Both the position numbers and the translations under genes were made by a program. From Christensenella minuta (GTDB lineage Bacteria > Bacillota > Clostridia > Christensenellales > Christensenellaceae), in NCBI RefSeq assembly GCF_003628755.1, contig NZ_CP029256.1, positions 111,585 to 143,584 of the forward strand: a DNA stretch of 32,000 bases. Direction: 5' to 3'. Shown here piece by piece: positions 1 through 6,489 of this stretch. The notes beneath the pieces were generated by a model, which saw only the letters and a program-made list of their open reading frames with translations, was not told the origin of the DNA and did not search any database. How positions within the stretch are numbered: the stretch's first letter is position 1; each line of letters opens with the position of its first letter.

Positions 1-1
1 C

Positions 2-433
2 GTTGATACCCCCGAGTCCGCCGTGCATGGCGATCGCCGCGCCTGAAAGTCCGGCAATCAGCGCGTGGCTTTCACTGGTGGGGATGCCAAACAGCCAGGC
101 AACGGTAGCCCATGTCACAATGGCAACCATCGCCGCGCACAGGGCAACCAGCGCTTCGTGCGGATCGCCGCCGAAATCCACCATGCTATAGATCGTATAG
201 GCGACGGTAGCGTTGATCATGGTCATCACCAGCACGCCGAGAAAATTAAAAACAGCCGCCATCAAAATAGCCGGCTTTGGTCTTAGGGCACGGGTCGAGA
301 CACACGTTGCGATTGCGTTCGGCGCATCCGTCCATCCGTTTACGAGGATCACACCCAGCGTCAGAATCACGGTAATCAAAAGGGCGGGATTGGAACCGAG
401 CTGGGAAATAAACTCTGAAAGCGAAATCGTCAT
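2..433 (-). CDS. PiT-family inorganic phosphate transporter, N-terminal 144 codons (gene continues past the left edge)
   Basis: Absent from the ORF track because it has no stop in the window. Reverse-strand ATG at 433-431, with GAGGAAA about 6 nt upstream (around 439-445). Translation MTISLSEFISQLGSNPALLITVILTLGVILVNGWTDAPNAIATCVSTRAL...WLFGIPTSESHALIAGLSGAAIAMHGG is hydrophobic throughout. It carries the PiT signatures (NGxxDxxNAIAT and GIPxSxSHALIxG). The frame stays open to position 2. Confidence 0.8.
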   Translation of the reverse strand, partial: MTISLSEFISQLGSNPALLITVILTLGVILVNGWTDAPNAIATCVSTRALRPKPAILMAAVFNFLGVLVMTMINATVAYTIYSMVDFGGDPHEALVALCAAMVAIVTWATVAWLFGIPTSESHALIAGLSGAAIAMHGGLGGIN

Positions 434-540
434 GTTGGTTTCCTCTGTTATGAAAAATGATTGCAACTATATCAATTAATATACCCGCAAATCATAAAAA
501 AATTCTAAATTGCGTGAAATTATTTTTACAAATTTTTTAC

Positions 541-574
541 AAAAGGCCCCGGAAGCGTTTGCGGCTCCGGGGCC
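541..574 (-). terminator. Rho-independent terminator downstream of the YhgE/Pip gene
   Basis: Stem GGCCCCGGA (545-553) pairs with TCCGGGGCC (566-574). On the minus strand it is followed by TTTT (plus-strand AAAA at 541-544). It lies 22 nt after the stop at 596-598. Confidence 0.6.
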
Positions 575-595
575 CTCTCTGTTTTCGCGCGGATC

Positions 596-3010
596 TCATG
601 CGATCCGCATCTGCTCCACCTTATCCTGAAGCTTTTCAGCGCGGTTTTTGAACGCGATGGAAAGTCCGAGGGAAACGCCGAGGAAGACCGCAAGAATGCC
701 GATGCACTGCCAGATCAGCGTAATATCGTTTCCCGATATCGCTTCCCGCAGCGCGGTCACGCAATAGGTAAACGGCATGAACGGGTTCAGTACCCGGAAG
801 AAATTCGGCACCAGCTCGAGCGGGAAGGTGCCCGCGTCCGATGTCAGCTGCAAAATTAGAAGCACAATGGCGATCAGCCGCCCCGCGTCGCCCAGCAGGG
901 AGATCAGCGTCTGCACGATGGCAATGGAAACGAGCGACATTACAACGACCGTAAAGAAATACATCCCGATATGGTTCGGCACAAGTCCAAGCGCCAGCAC
1001 TGCCGCGCCCACCAGTACGGCCTGCAATACCCCTACGAACGCATACGAAAGAAACTTGCCGACGACAGCCTGTGCGCTGCCCGCCGCAAAGCGCGGGTCG
1101 GCCTTGGGCGAAATGATGAAGAACATCAGGATCGCGCCCACCCACAGGGAAAGCGGGATGAAGTACGGCGCGAATCCGGTGCCGTAATCGGGCACGGGAT
1201 TGATCGGCCGGCTGGATATGGTCACCGGACCGCTGATATAATCCGCCATCGCCCCGCTGGAATTTACGAGGTTCCCGTCGATATAAGACACGCCGTCAGC
1301 CAGCTTTTCGGAAAGCGCCTGCGATCCGCCTGTCAGCCGCGATACGCCGTCTGTAAGTGCGGGCAGCTGGTTTTCCATTGCAGCCATACCGTCCGACAGC
1401 GCCGCGGAGCCGATGTAAAGCTGCCCGATGCCCGCAGCCGCCCTGCCAACGCCCGTTTCCAGCGCATTACTGCCATCCCTCAGCTGCGATACGCCATCCA
1501 TAAGGACGGGCGTCTTGACGGAAAGCCGCTGTGCCCCGGCGGTAAGGACCGAAGCGCCGTCCGCAAGCTCGCCGATGCCTGCCGTCAGTGCAGGGATATT
1601 GCCGGAAAGCTCGGCGATCCCTGCATTGACGGCGCCGGAACCGCTTGCCAGTTTTGCAGCCGCGCCAGCGGCTGCTTCCGTACCTGCCACCAGCTGCGAT
1701 ACGCCCGCCGCAAAGGAGGGTGAGCCGTCCGGCATCGCGGAATTGGCCGGATCGAGCGTATAAGACAGGCTGCCGAGTCCCGCGGCCACGTCCGCAAGGC
1801 CGCTTTTTGCGGATTCAATCCCGCCGTTCAGTGTGCCGAGGTCCGCGTGATAGGAAGACTGCAGCTGGTCAAGCGCGGCGGAGATATCGTCTGCGGATGC
1901 GCCGCCCGCGGCCAGGGCCTTGATCCCATCGATTGCGGTATCGAAATCTGAGGTCGAAGAAGTCGCGGCGGCCAGCGTGTCGAGACCGCCCGAGACCTGT
2001 CCGGTCCCAGCGGACAGTTGATCCACCGTGGATTTTAGGGCAGACGTTCCGTTTTGAACTGCTTCCGCTCCGCCGGTCAGCGCAGGCATCCGGCTGTTCA
2101 GGCTTTCAAGGCCGTCCGCTAATTTCTGAGAACCGGACGCGAGGCGGTCCACACCGCTTGCCAGCTCGCCGCTTTTCTGCGCGAGGGTATTGATTCCGCC
2201 GGATACCTGTTCGGCGCCGTCCGCTAGCCGCGCCGTGCCGTCCGCTAGCGCGGGCAGTTGGCTTTGCAGGCTTTCAAGGCCATCCGCCAACCGCGCGCTG
2301 CCGCTTTCCAGGGAAGGCGTGTTCCCGTCTAGCGTGCCAAGTCCGGTTTTCAGCGTGGCGGCGCCGTCCGCAAGCTGCGAAGCGCCCGACGAAAGGTCGG
2401 GAATCTTGCCGGAAAGCTCGAGGATGCCATCGTAAAGCTGTGAAGCGCCGCCCGACGCCTGGGAAAGTCCATCCCTCGCGTCATAAAGCCCGTCGAACGC
2501 GCCCCGCGTATATTCCTTGGTCACTGAAGCGGAAACCCTTTCCTTCAATTGCGTTTCCACATTGCCTCCGATCTGCGAGGCAAGGAAGTTCTTTGCCTGG
2601 TTCGAGGTATAAACGATTTCCGCCTTGGTCGGCGCGGCCGTTTTGGCGTTCACGATCTTTTGCGAAAAATCCTCGGGGATCGTAAACAGCGAATAATATT
2701 TGGTGTTTTCAAGCCCGTCGGCAAGGTCGTCCCGGGAGATAAAAGACCATCCCACCTCGTCGTTGCCCTTCAGGTCGTTCACCACCTGTTCCCCGTAATT
2801 TACATCCTTGCCGTCCAGCGCCGCGCCCCTGTCGAGATTCAGCACCGCGACGGGAAGGTCCTTAAGCCGTCCGTACGGGTTCCAGAACGCCGCAAGGTAG
2901 CATAGGCTATACAGCATCGGTACGATCAGTATCGCCGCCACGGAAACGCGGATGAACCGGTTCCTGAAAATCCCCGATATATCGCTTCCGGCGATTTTTG
3001 CAAATTTCAA
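596..3010 (-). CDS. YhgE/Pip domain-containing membrane protein (phage-infection-protein-like, ABC-2-type C-terminal membrane domain)
   Basis: N-terminus ...KFAKIAGSDISGIFRNRFIRVSVAAILIVPMLYSLCYLAAFWNPYGRLKDLPVAVLNLD matches the YhgE/Pip N-terminal domain. The centre is about 400 aa of degenerate L-x-D/S-G coiled-coil repeats. The C-terminus has several TM helices (FAPYFIPLSLWVGAILMFF..., LLILQLTSDAGTFP...). I prefer the TTG start at 3010, which sits 8 nt after AAAAGGGAG. The track's GTG at 3019 overlaps that Shine-Dalgarno sequence. Confidence 0.85.
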   Translation of the reverse strand: MKFAKIAGSDISGIFRNRFIRVSVAAILIVPMLYSLCYLAAFWNPYGRLKDLPVAVLNLDRGAALDGKDVNYGEQVVNDLKGNDEVGWSFISRDDLADGLENTKYYSLFTIPEDFSQKIVNAKTAAPTKAEIVYTSNQAKNFLASQIGGNVETQLKERVSASVTKEYTRGAFDGLYDARDGLSQASGGASQLYDGILELSGKIPDLSSGASQLADGAATLKTGLGTLDGNTPSLESGSARLADGLESLQSQLPALADGTARLADGAEQVSGGINTLAQKSGELASGVDRLASGSQKLADGLESLNSRMPALTGGAEAVQNGTSALKSTVDQLSAGTGQVSGGLDTLAAATSSTSDFDTAIDGIKALAAGGASADDISAALDQLQSSYHADLGTLNGGIESAKSGLADVAAGLGSLSYTLDPANSAMPDGSPSFAAGVSQLVAGTEAAAGAAAKLASGSGAVNAGIAELSGNIPALTAGIGELADGASVLTAGAQRLSVKTPVLMDGVSQLRDGSNALETGVGRAAAGIGQLYIGSAALSDGMAAMENQLPALTDGVSRLTGGSQALSEKLADGVSYIDGNLVNSSGAMADYISGPVTISSRPINPVPDYGTGFAPYFIPLSLWVGAILMFFIISPKADPRFAAGSAQAVVGKFLSYAFVGVLQAVLVGAAVLALGLVPNHIGMYFFTVVVMSLVSIAIVQTLISLLGDAGRLIAIVLLILQLTSDAGTFPLELVPNFFRVLNPFMPFTYCVTALREAISGNDITLIWQCIGILAVFLGVSLGLSIAFKNRAEKLQDKVEQMRIA

Positions 3011-3030
3011 TGCACACACTCCCTTTTAAA

Positions 3031-3052
3031 TTGTACTGACTAGTCAGTACAA
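3031..3052. promoter_or_regulatory. Perfect 22-bp palindromic operator (TTGTACTGACT/AGTCAGTACAA), probable binding site of the adjacent TetR-family repressor
   Basis: Exact inverted repeat read directly from the sequence. It sits immediately downstream of the putative -10 of the yhgE promoter and upstream of its RBS. A related half-site, GTACTGAC, recurs at 3788-3805 in front of the TetR gene. Confidence 0.6.
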
Positions 3053-3080
3053 TAATATTGCTTTATGTACTATTTGTCAA
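3052..3080 (-). promoter_or_regulatory. Sigma-A-type promoter for the YhgE/Pip gene
   Basis: Minus-strand TTGACA (plus 3075-3080), a 17-nt spacer, then TATTAT (plus 3052-3057). The operator palindrome abuts the -10. Confidence 0.5.
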
Positions 3081-3148
3081 CATATTTTTGGCAGCGAAAC
3101 AGCGGGAAAATTAAAATTGGAAAGGCAGGCCTACAAAATCCGGCAACT

Positions 3149-3176
3149 AAAAAATGCGCGGAGCCGCGCATTTTTT
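3149..3176 (-). terminator. Rho-independent terminator after the TetR gene (symmetric, potentially bidirectional)
   Basis: AAAAAATGCGCG-GAGC-CGCGCATTTTTT: a perfect 12-bp stem including the flanking A and T runs, with a 4-nt loop. It lies 37 nt after the TetR stop (3213-3215). Confidence 0.7.
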
Positions 3177-3212
3177 AAGCCGCCGGAAAGCAGCGGAAAA
3201 AGCAGGGAAAGC

Positions 3213-3767
3213 CTAGAGGATTCCATGCAAATAATTTTGGATCAGCAGGCTGGAAATATCTTTTTTCTGCGGTCCGGCCATGGCGCTGTAAACGGCAGCC
3301 GAGACCATCGTACCGAGAAAGCCGAACACCGCGGCCGCGGTCTCTTTTTCGGTGCCCTTTTCGATCCTCAGCTCGCCGATACATTCGCGGATCAGCTGTG
3401 CATATTCGTTCAGCTTGCCGCGCAGCAGGCGCTGGCGTTCCTCCTGGCCGAACAGCTGGCTTAAGATCACCTTGACAAAGTTTTCGTTTTTGCGGACGAC
3501 ACGCAGCTGCGACTTACACAGCCCGGCGATCTTCTCCTCGGGAGGGAGCGGCTTTTCAAGGATCAGCCTGGCGTCGTCGATCATATGGCCAAGGCCCGTC
3601 TGCATTACAAACAGGAACAGGTCTTCCTTGCTTTTGAAATGATAATACAAAGTGCCCTTGGCGACCTTTGCCCGCTCCGCGATTTCGTCCATTGCCGCGC
3701 CCGTATAGCCCGATTGTGAAAATACGTCCACCGATGCCTCATAAATTGCTTCTTTTGTTTTATTCAT
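3213..3767 (-). CDS. TetR/AcrR family transcriptional regulator (184 aa)
   Basis: MNKTKEAIYEASVDVFSQSGYTGAAMDEIAERAKVAKGTLYYHFKSKEDLF is a canonical TetR N-terminal HTH. ATG at 3767-3765, preceded by GGGGTGG. The 480-aa track ORF (3213..4655) is an artefactual upstream extension through the divergent promoter region and the MBL gene. Confidence 0.9.
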   Translation of the reverse strand: MNKTKEAIYEASVDVFSQSGYTGAAMDEIAERAKVAKGTLYYHFKSKEDLFLFVMQTGLGHMIDDARLILEKPLPPEEKIAGLCKSQLRVVRKNENFVKVILSQLFGQEERQRLLRGKLNEYAQLIRECIGELRIEKGTEKETAAAVFGFLGTMVSAAVYSAMAGPQKKDISSLLIQNYLHGIL

Positions 3768-3787
3768 GGAAACCACCCCAAAATAGA

Positions 3788-3805
3788 ATTGACCGGTCAG
3801 TACAG
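3788..3805. promoter_or_regulatory. Imperfect palindrome related to the 3031-3052 operator (autoregulatory TetR site candidate)
   Basis: ATTGACCGGTCAGTACAG shares the GTCAGTAC / GTACTGAC half-site. It lies between a putative minus-strand promoter (TTGCTA at plus 3833-3838, 17 nt, TATAAA at plus 3810-3815) and the TetR RBS. Confidence 0.45.
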
Positions 3806-3854
3806 TTTCTTTATACCCTATTCGCAGGCAAATAGCAAGAAGAAAAGAATGGGA

Positions 3855-3883
3855 TTGAAAAACAGGAAAAAGAGGTATACAAT
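3855..3883 (+). promoter_or_regulatory. Putative promoter for the MBL-hydrolase / rlmH unit
   Basis: TTGAAA (3855-3860), a 17-nt spacer, then TACAAT (3878-3883). It is divergent from the TetR promoter. Confidence 0.45.
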
Positions 3884-3917
3884 GATTTGTATTGGAACAG
3901 ATAGAAAGGCACAACAT

Positions 3918-4712
3918 ATGGAGCTGAAGATCGCCCCGCTGTTCAGCGGATCGAAAGGGAACTGCATCTACGTCGGCACGGAAAGATCCAAGGTCCTTGT
4001 GGACGCGGGCTATTCGTGCACGAAAATCGTATCCGAACTGCAAAAGGTCGATATCCATATGGAAGATATCGACGGCATTCTCATTACGCATGAACACAGC
4101 GACCATATCGCGGGCGTGGGTGTGATCTCCCGCAAATTCGATATCCCGGTTTACGCGAACGGGCAAACGTGGTGCGAGATGGAAAAGCGCCTCGGCGAGG
4201 TGCGGCCGGGGAATATCCGTGTGATCGACGAACAGGATTTTTATGTCGGAGAGCTGTGCGTCCAGCCATATGAAATATCGCACGACGCTGTGCGTCCCTT
4301 TGGCTATAGCCTCACTGCGGGCGGGAAAAAGGTCAGCGTGATGACCGATCTTGGCCGGGTCACCGAAAAAATGCTCGCGCAGGTCGCGGGTTCCTCCATC
4401 GTGCTGCTGGAATCCAACCACGATGTCGAAATGCTCAAATGCGGGCCGTATCCTTACTATCTCAAACGCCGTATCCTTTCCACGCACGGTCACCTGTCCA
4501 ACGACGACGCGGCCCAGACTGCGATGCGTTTGGCGGCGGCGGGCGTGCGCGGCATCCTGCTCGGCCATCTTTCCGAAAAAAATAATTTTTACGAGCTTGC
4601 CTATGAAACGGTGTGCGGCTTCCTGCGGCAAAACGGGGTCGTAATCGGTAAACATGTCGCAGTCGCTATGGCAAAGCGCGAAGGTGTAACCGGTATTTAC
4701 GCTGCCGTATAA
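3918..4712 (+). CDS. MBL-fold metallo-hydrolase (YycJ/WalJ-like)
   Basis: MELKIAPLFSGSKGNCIYVGTERSKVLVDAGYS...ILITHEHSDHIAGVG contains the HxHxDH motif. ATG at 3918 is preceded by GAAAGG (3904-3909). The track start at 3789 lies inside the promoter region. Confidence 0.85.
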   Translation: MELKIAPLFSGSKGNCIYVGTERSKVLVDAGYSCTKIVSELQKVDIHMEDIDGILITHEHSDHIAGVGVISRKFDIPVYANGQTWCEMEKRLGEVRPGNIRVIDEQDFYVGELCVQPYEISHDAVRPFGYSLTAGGKKVSVMTDLGRVTEKMLAQVAGSSIVLLESNHDVEMLKCGPYPYYLKRRILSTHGHLSNDDAAQTAMRLAAAGVRGILLGHLSEKNNFYELAYETVCGFLRQNGVVIGKHVAVAMAKREGVTGIYAAV

Positions 4713-4744
4713 AAAGGGCGCCGCCCGGGAGTGGGGAAAAACCG

Positions 4745-5218
4745 ATTAAAATCAAAATTGTATGCGTAGGAAAATTGAAGGAAGCTTTTTACGAAAAAGC
4801 GCAGGCAGAGTATGCCAAAATGCTCGGCCGTTTTTGCCGTATCGTGATTGACGAACTGCCGGACGAACCGCTCACGAACGTAAAGGGAGAAAAGGCCGAA
4901 GAGGCGGTCCGCGCGGCGGAGGGGGAGCGTATCCTCAGGAGATGCGAGGGCTATGTGGTCGCGTGCGATGTACGCGGGAAGGAAATGTCTTCCGAAGCCT
5001 TTGCGGAAAAGCTCGGCAGCTTGATGTCCGGTGGGAGCAGCACCCTCACCTTTGTGATCGGCGGCTCGCTCGGGCTTTCGGCCGGGGTGCTCGGCCGGGC
5101 GGATTTACGGCTCTCCCTTTCCCGGATGACGCTTCCGCACCGTCTGTTTCGCATCGTTCTGTTAGAACAGATATTCCGCGCGTTCAAGATCATGCATGGG
5201 GAAACCTATCATAAATAG
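4745..5218 (+). CDS. rlmH: 23S rRNA (pseudouridine1915-N3)-methyltransferase RlmH (SPOUT family)
   Basis: ...KIKIVCVGKLKEAFYEKAQAEYAKML...TFVIGGSLGLS...LSLSRMTLPHRLFRIVLLEQIFRAFKIMHGETYHK aligns end to end with RlmH as I recall it (e.g. B. subtilis MNINIVTIGKLKEKYL...). The conserved first 10 residues lie upstream of the first canonical start (TTG 4775). The only plausible initiator is ATT at 4745, 8 nt after GGGAGTGGGG (4727-4736). Confidence 0.85.
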   Translation: MKIKIVCVGKLKEAFYEKAQAEYAKMLGRFCRIVIDELPDEPLTNVKGEKAEEAVRAAEGERILRRCEGYVVACDVRGKEMSSEAFAEKLGSLMSGGSSTLTFVIGGSLGLSAGVLGRADLRLSLSRMTLPHRLFRIVLLEQIFRAFKIMHGETYHK

Positions 5219-5292
5219 AATATTTTTTGAGATAGTTTTGGAAACAGAACGTATATTAAGATGACAGGAAAACAAAAAAGGGGGCAATGAAC

Positions 5293-5430
5293 ATGGCGAA
5301 GATTAGGAAAGAAAACGGACGGATATTTGCGGATGGGCAGCCGGTAGAAATGGGTAAGTTCCGCAAGCTGACTGACGACGAGTTGAATGCGGTAGACGGC
5401 GGGATCAAGATATACACGAAATCCCACTGA
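5293..5430 (+). CDS. Small ORF (45 aa) encoding a double-glycine-type leader peptide, ending at an in-frame TGA
   Basis: Below the ORF-track size cut-off. AAAGGGGGC (5278-5286) lies 6 nt upstream of ATG 5293. An alternative ATG at 5350 would give an 18-aa leader. Translation is MAKIRKENGRIFADGQPVEMGKFRKLTDDELNAVDGG/IKIYTKSH*. Relative to the GG, the leader has V-4, L-7, E-8, L-12 and F-15, which is the classical double-glycine leader pattern. Confidence 0.5.
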   Translation: MAKIRKENGRIFADGQPVEMGKFRKLTDDELNAVDGGIKIYTKSH

Positions 5431-5565
5431 TACGGTCCGGACTATTTGGTGTGCGGAGGCTGCGGCAGCAAAAGCTGGACGATCATCGGTGGAGAAGAGC
5501 CGAACTGGCTGATTATCAGATGCGATAAATGCGGGCGCGTTTCCAGGGAGAAAATCGATACCTGA
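5431..5565 (+). other. In-frame continuation of the preceding ORF beyond TGA 5428-5430 (44 codons with a CxxC...CxxC zinc-ribbon-like motif)
   Basis: Same frame as 5293. Translation is YGPDYLVCGGCGSKSWTIIGGEEPNWLIIRCDKCGRVSREKIDT*, with coding-like GC3 usage. There is no RBS or obvious start of its own. The only terminator follows this segment rather than the TGA at 5428. Confidence 0.4.
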
Positions 5566-5576
5566 TTAGCATCTCC

Positions 5577-5603
5577 AAAAGGACGCATCCAGCGTCCTTT
5601 TTT
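5577..5603 (+). terminator. Rho-independent terminator
   Basis: AAAAGGACGC-ATCCA-GCGTCCTTTT followed by TT. It begins 12 nt after the TGA at 5563-5565. Confidence 0.7.
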
Positions 5604-5605
5604 GG

Positions 5606-5634
5606 TTGAAAAATCCGGTTTATGGTACTATAAA
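5606..5634 (+). promoter_or_regulatory. Putative promoter (TTGAAA-17-TATAAA, or extended -10 TGgTACTAT)
   Basis: TTGAAA at 5606-5611, a 17-nt spacer, then TATAAA at 5629-5634. Alternatively TGGTACTAT at 5623-5631. The string GGTTTATGGTA..CTATAAAA recurs at the ogg promoter (26591-26612). Confidence 0.45.
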
Positions 5635-5639
5635 AATAA

Positions 5640-5901
5640 TACCGCCATACATCAGGGCAATAGCGCCCGTGGACCGGGAGACCCGGCCCGCGTCCGTCCG
5701 CAAAACAAAAGCGGCGGTTACGGCGGAAAACTACAGTATCATTGGCGGGGCCTATTCGGCGGTGAGCGAGACGCTTGCGCGGGAATATCCCATCCCGGCC
5801 AGGCGTACACGGCCGCTTCGCGAGGTCGGGCAGATGGATTATTTGCGGCAGGCGCTGCACCTTTGAAAGTGAAGTAAGCAGTGCTTTGGAATAATGATAA
5901 T
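5640..5901 (+). other. Unassigned GC-rich transcription unit: either a small CDS (GTG 5669 to TGA 5866, 65 aa) or a structured non-coding RNA
   Basis: It is bracketed by the promoter-like element at 5606-5634 and the terminator at 5902-5932. GC content is similar to coding DNA, unlike the other intergenic regions. The frame of track ORF 5606..5866 has coding-like GC3 codons (...AAVTAENYSIIGGAYSAVSETLAREYPIPARR...), but its TTG start coincides with the -35 and has no RBS. I recognised no motif from SRP, RNase P, tmRNA, or T-box RNAs. Confidence 0.3.
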
Positions 5902-5932
5902 AAAAAAGAACTCGATAGTTGAGTTCTTTTTT
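5902..5932. terminator. Bidirectional rho-independent terminator (serves pilA on the minus strand and the 5640-5901 unit on the plus strand)
   Basis: AAAAAAGAACTC-GATAGTT-GAGTTCTTTTTT: a perfect 12-bp stem with an A run on one side and a T run on the other. It lies 32 nt downstream of the pilA stop (5964-5966). Confidence 0.75.
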
Positions 5933-5963
5933 ACTAAATCAAATATGAATATTCAATTTGTTG

Positions 5964-6380
5964 TTAAGGCGTATAGGTCCCGGTCTTTGTTGGATCGCCT
6001 TCATCCGTCCATGTCGTAGATGTGACTTGATTTCCGTTGACGTTAACGGTTATTAAACCGGAGAAGTTGTCTCCCAGAAGCGTTTTGATCCTGCCTGCAA
6101 AACCAGTGTCCCCCAGGGCTGCGACTGTTTCATTTGTGATAGTTGCCACAGGGTCTACGGGATCTTGCGTTAAGGAAATCGCCGCGGCTGCTGCCGCCGC
6201 CGAATAGACCGACCTTGCGTTGGCAGTTGCGACAGAGCTGTTTGCTTCATTGATATAACCGATCATATTCGGGATGAGGATCGCCGCAAGGATCGCAAGG
6301 ATTGCGATCACGATAATCAGTTCGATGAGCGTAAAGCCTTTTTTCTTCTTGCTGCGGTGGCGTTGAAATAGTTGATACAT
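5964..6380 (-). CDS. pilA: Type IV major pilin (prepilin-type N-terminal cleavage/methylation domain)
   Basis: MYQLFQRHRSKKKKG/FTLIELIIVIAILAILAAILIPNMIGYINEANSS has the canonical G/FTLIE class III signal with Glu+5 and a hydrophobic alpha1-N helix. It is 138 aa, has GGAG 8 nt upstream, and has its own promoter and terminator, as expected for the abundant subunit. Confidence 0.9.
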   Translation of the reverse strand: MYQLFQRHRSKKKKGFTLIELIIVIAILAILAAILIPNMIGYINEANSSVATANARSVYSAAAAAAAISLTQDPVDPVATITNETVAALGDTGFAGRIKTLLGDNFSGLITVNVNGNQVTSTTWTDEGDPTKTGTYTP

Positions 6381-6396
6381 AACAATAACTCCTTTG

Positions 6397-6431
6397 ATAA
6401 AATAAATAGGACAGGCCGCCGTGGCCCTGTC
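6397..6431 (-). promoter_or_regulatory. Terminator-like hairpin inside the pilA 5' leader (possible attenuator or mRNA-stabilising stem)
   Basis: Minus strand reads GACAGGGCC-ACGGC-GGCCTGTC followed by CTATTTATTTTA. It lies between the putative pilA promoter and the pilA RBS. Confidence 0.4.
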
Positions 6432-6489
6432 TTTGTGGGCGGCCGGATATCCTTAGAAGGAAGCGCCGCTCACGTATTGCATAATTCAT

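Noticed and set aside
636-2905. Multiple plus- and minus-strand ORFs overlapping the YhgE/Pip gene (e.g. 971..1723, 636..1145, 2549..2905), and the repetitive look of the DNA at 1300-2500
   Set aside because: They are Arg/Pro/Ala-rich shadow frames. The repetitiveness is explained by the degenerate coiled-coil repeats of the YhgE/Pip central domain (LxDGxxxLxxG). There are no exact DNA direct repeats with spacers, so this is not a CRISPR or satellite array.
3768-4655. N-terminal 296-aa extension of the TetR ORF (track ORF 3213..4655, 480 aa)
   Set aside because: The extension runs through an AT-rich divergent promoter region and then antisense to the MBL-hydrolase gene. The TetR HTH begins right at the internal ATG (3767), which has its own RBS, and 184 aa is the normal TetR size.
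5428-5490. Selenocysteine insertion (SECIS) hairpin after the in-frame TGA of the GG-leader ORF
   Set aside because: Only a weak 4-bp stem (UCCG...CGGA) and the self-complementary GTCCGGAC are visible, with nothing resembling a stable SECIS stem-loop at the usual spacing. The sequence context (SH-U-YG) is also not a CxxU or UxxC redox motif. It is kept as a minor alternative in the finding, not as a call.
6381-6483. c-di-GMP-II (or GEMM-I) riboswitch in the pilA leader
   Set aside because: I could not find the conserved cores I remember (ACCGACC near the 3' end for class II; GGCAAACC and GGGACGCAAAGCC for class I). Only the terminator-like hairpin is supported.
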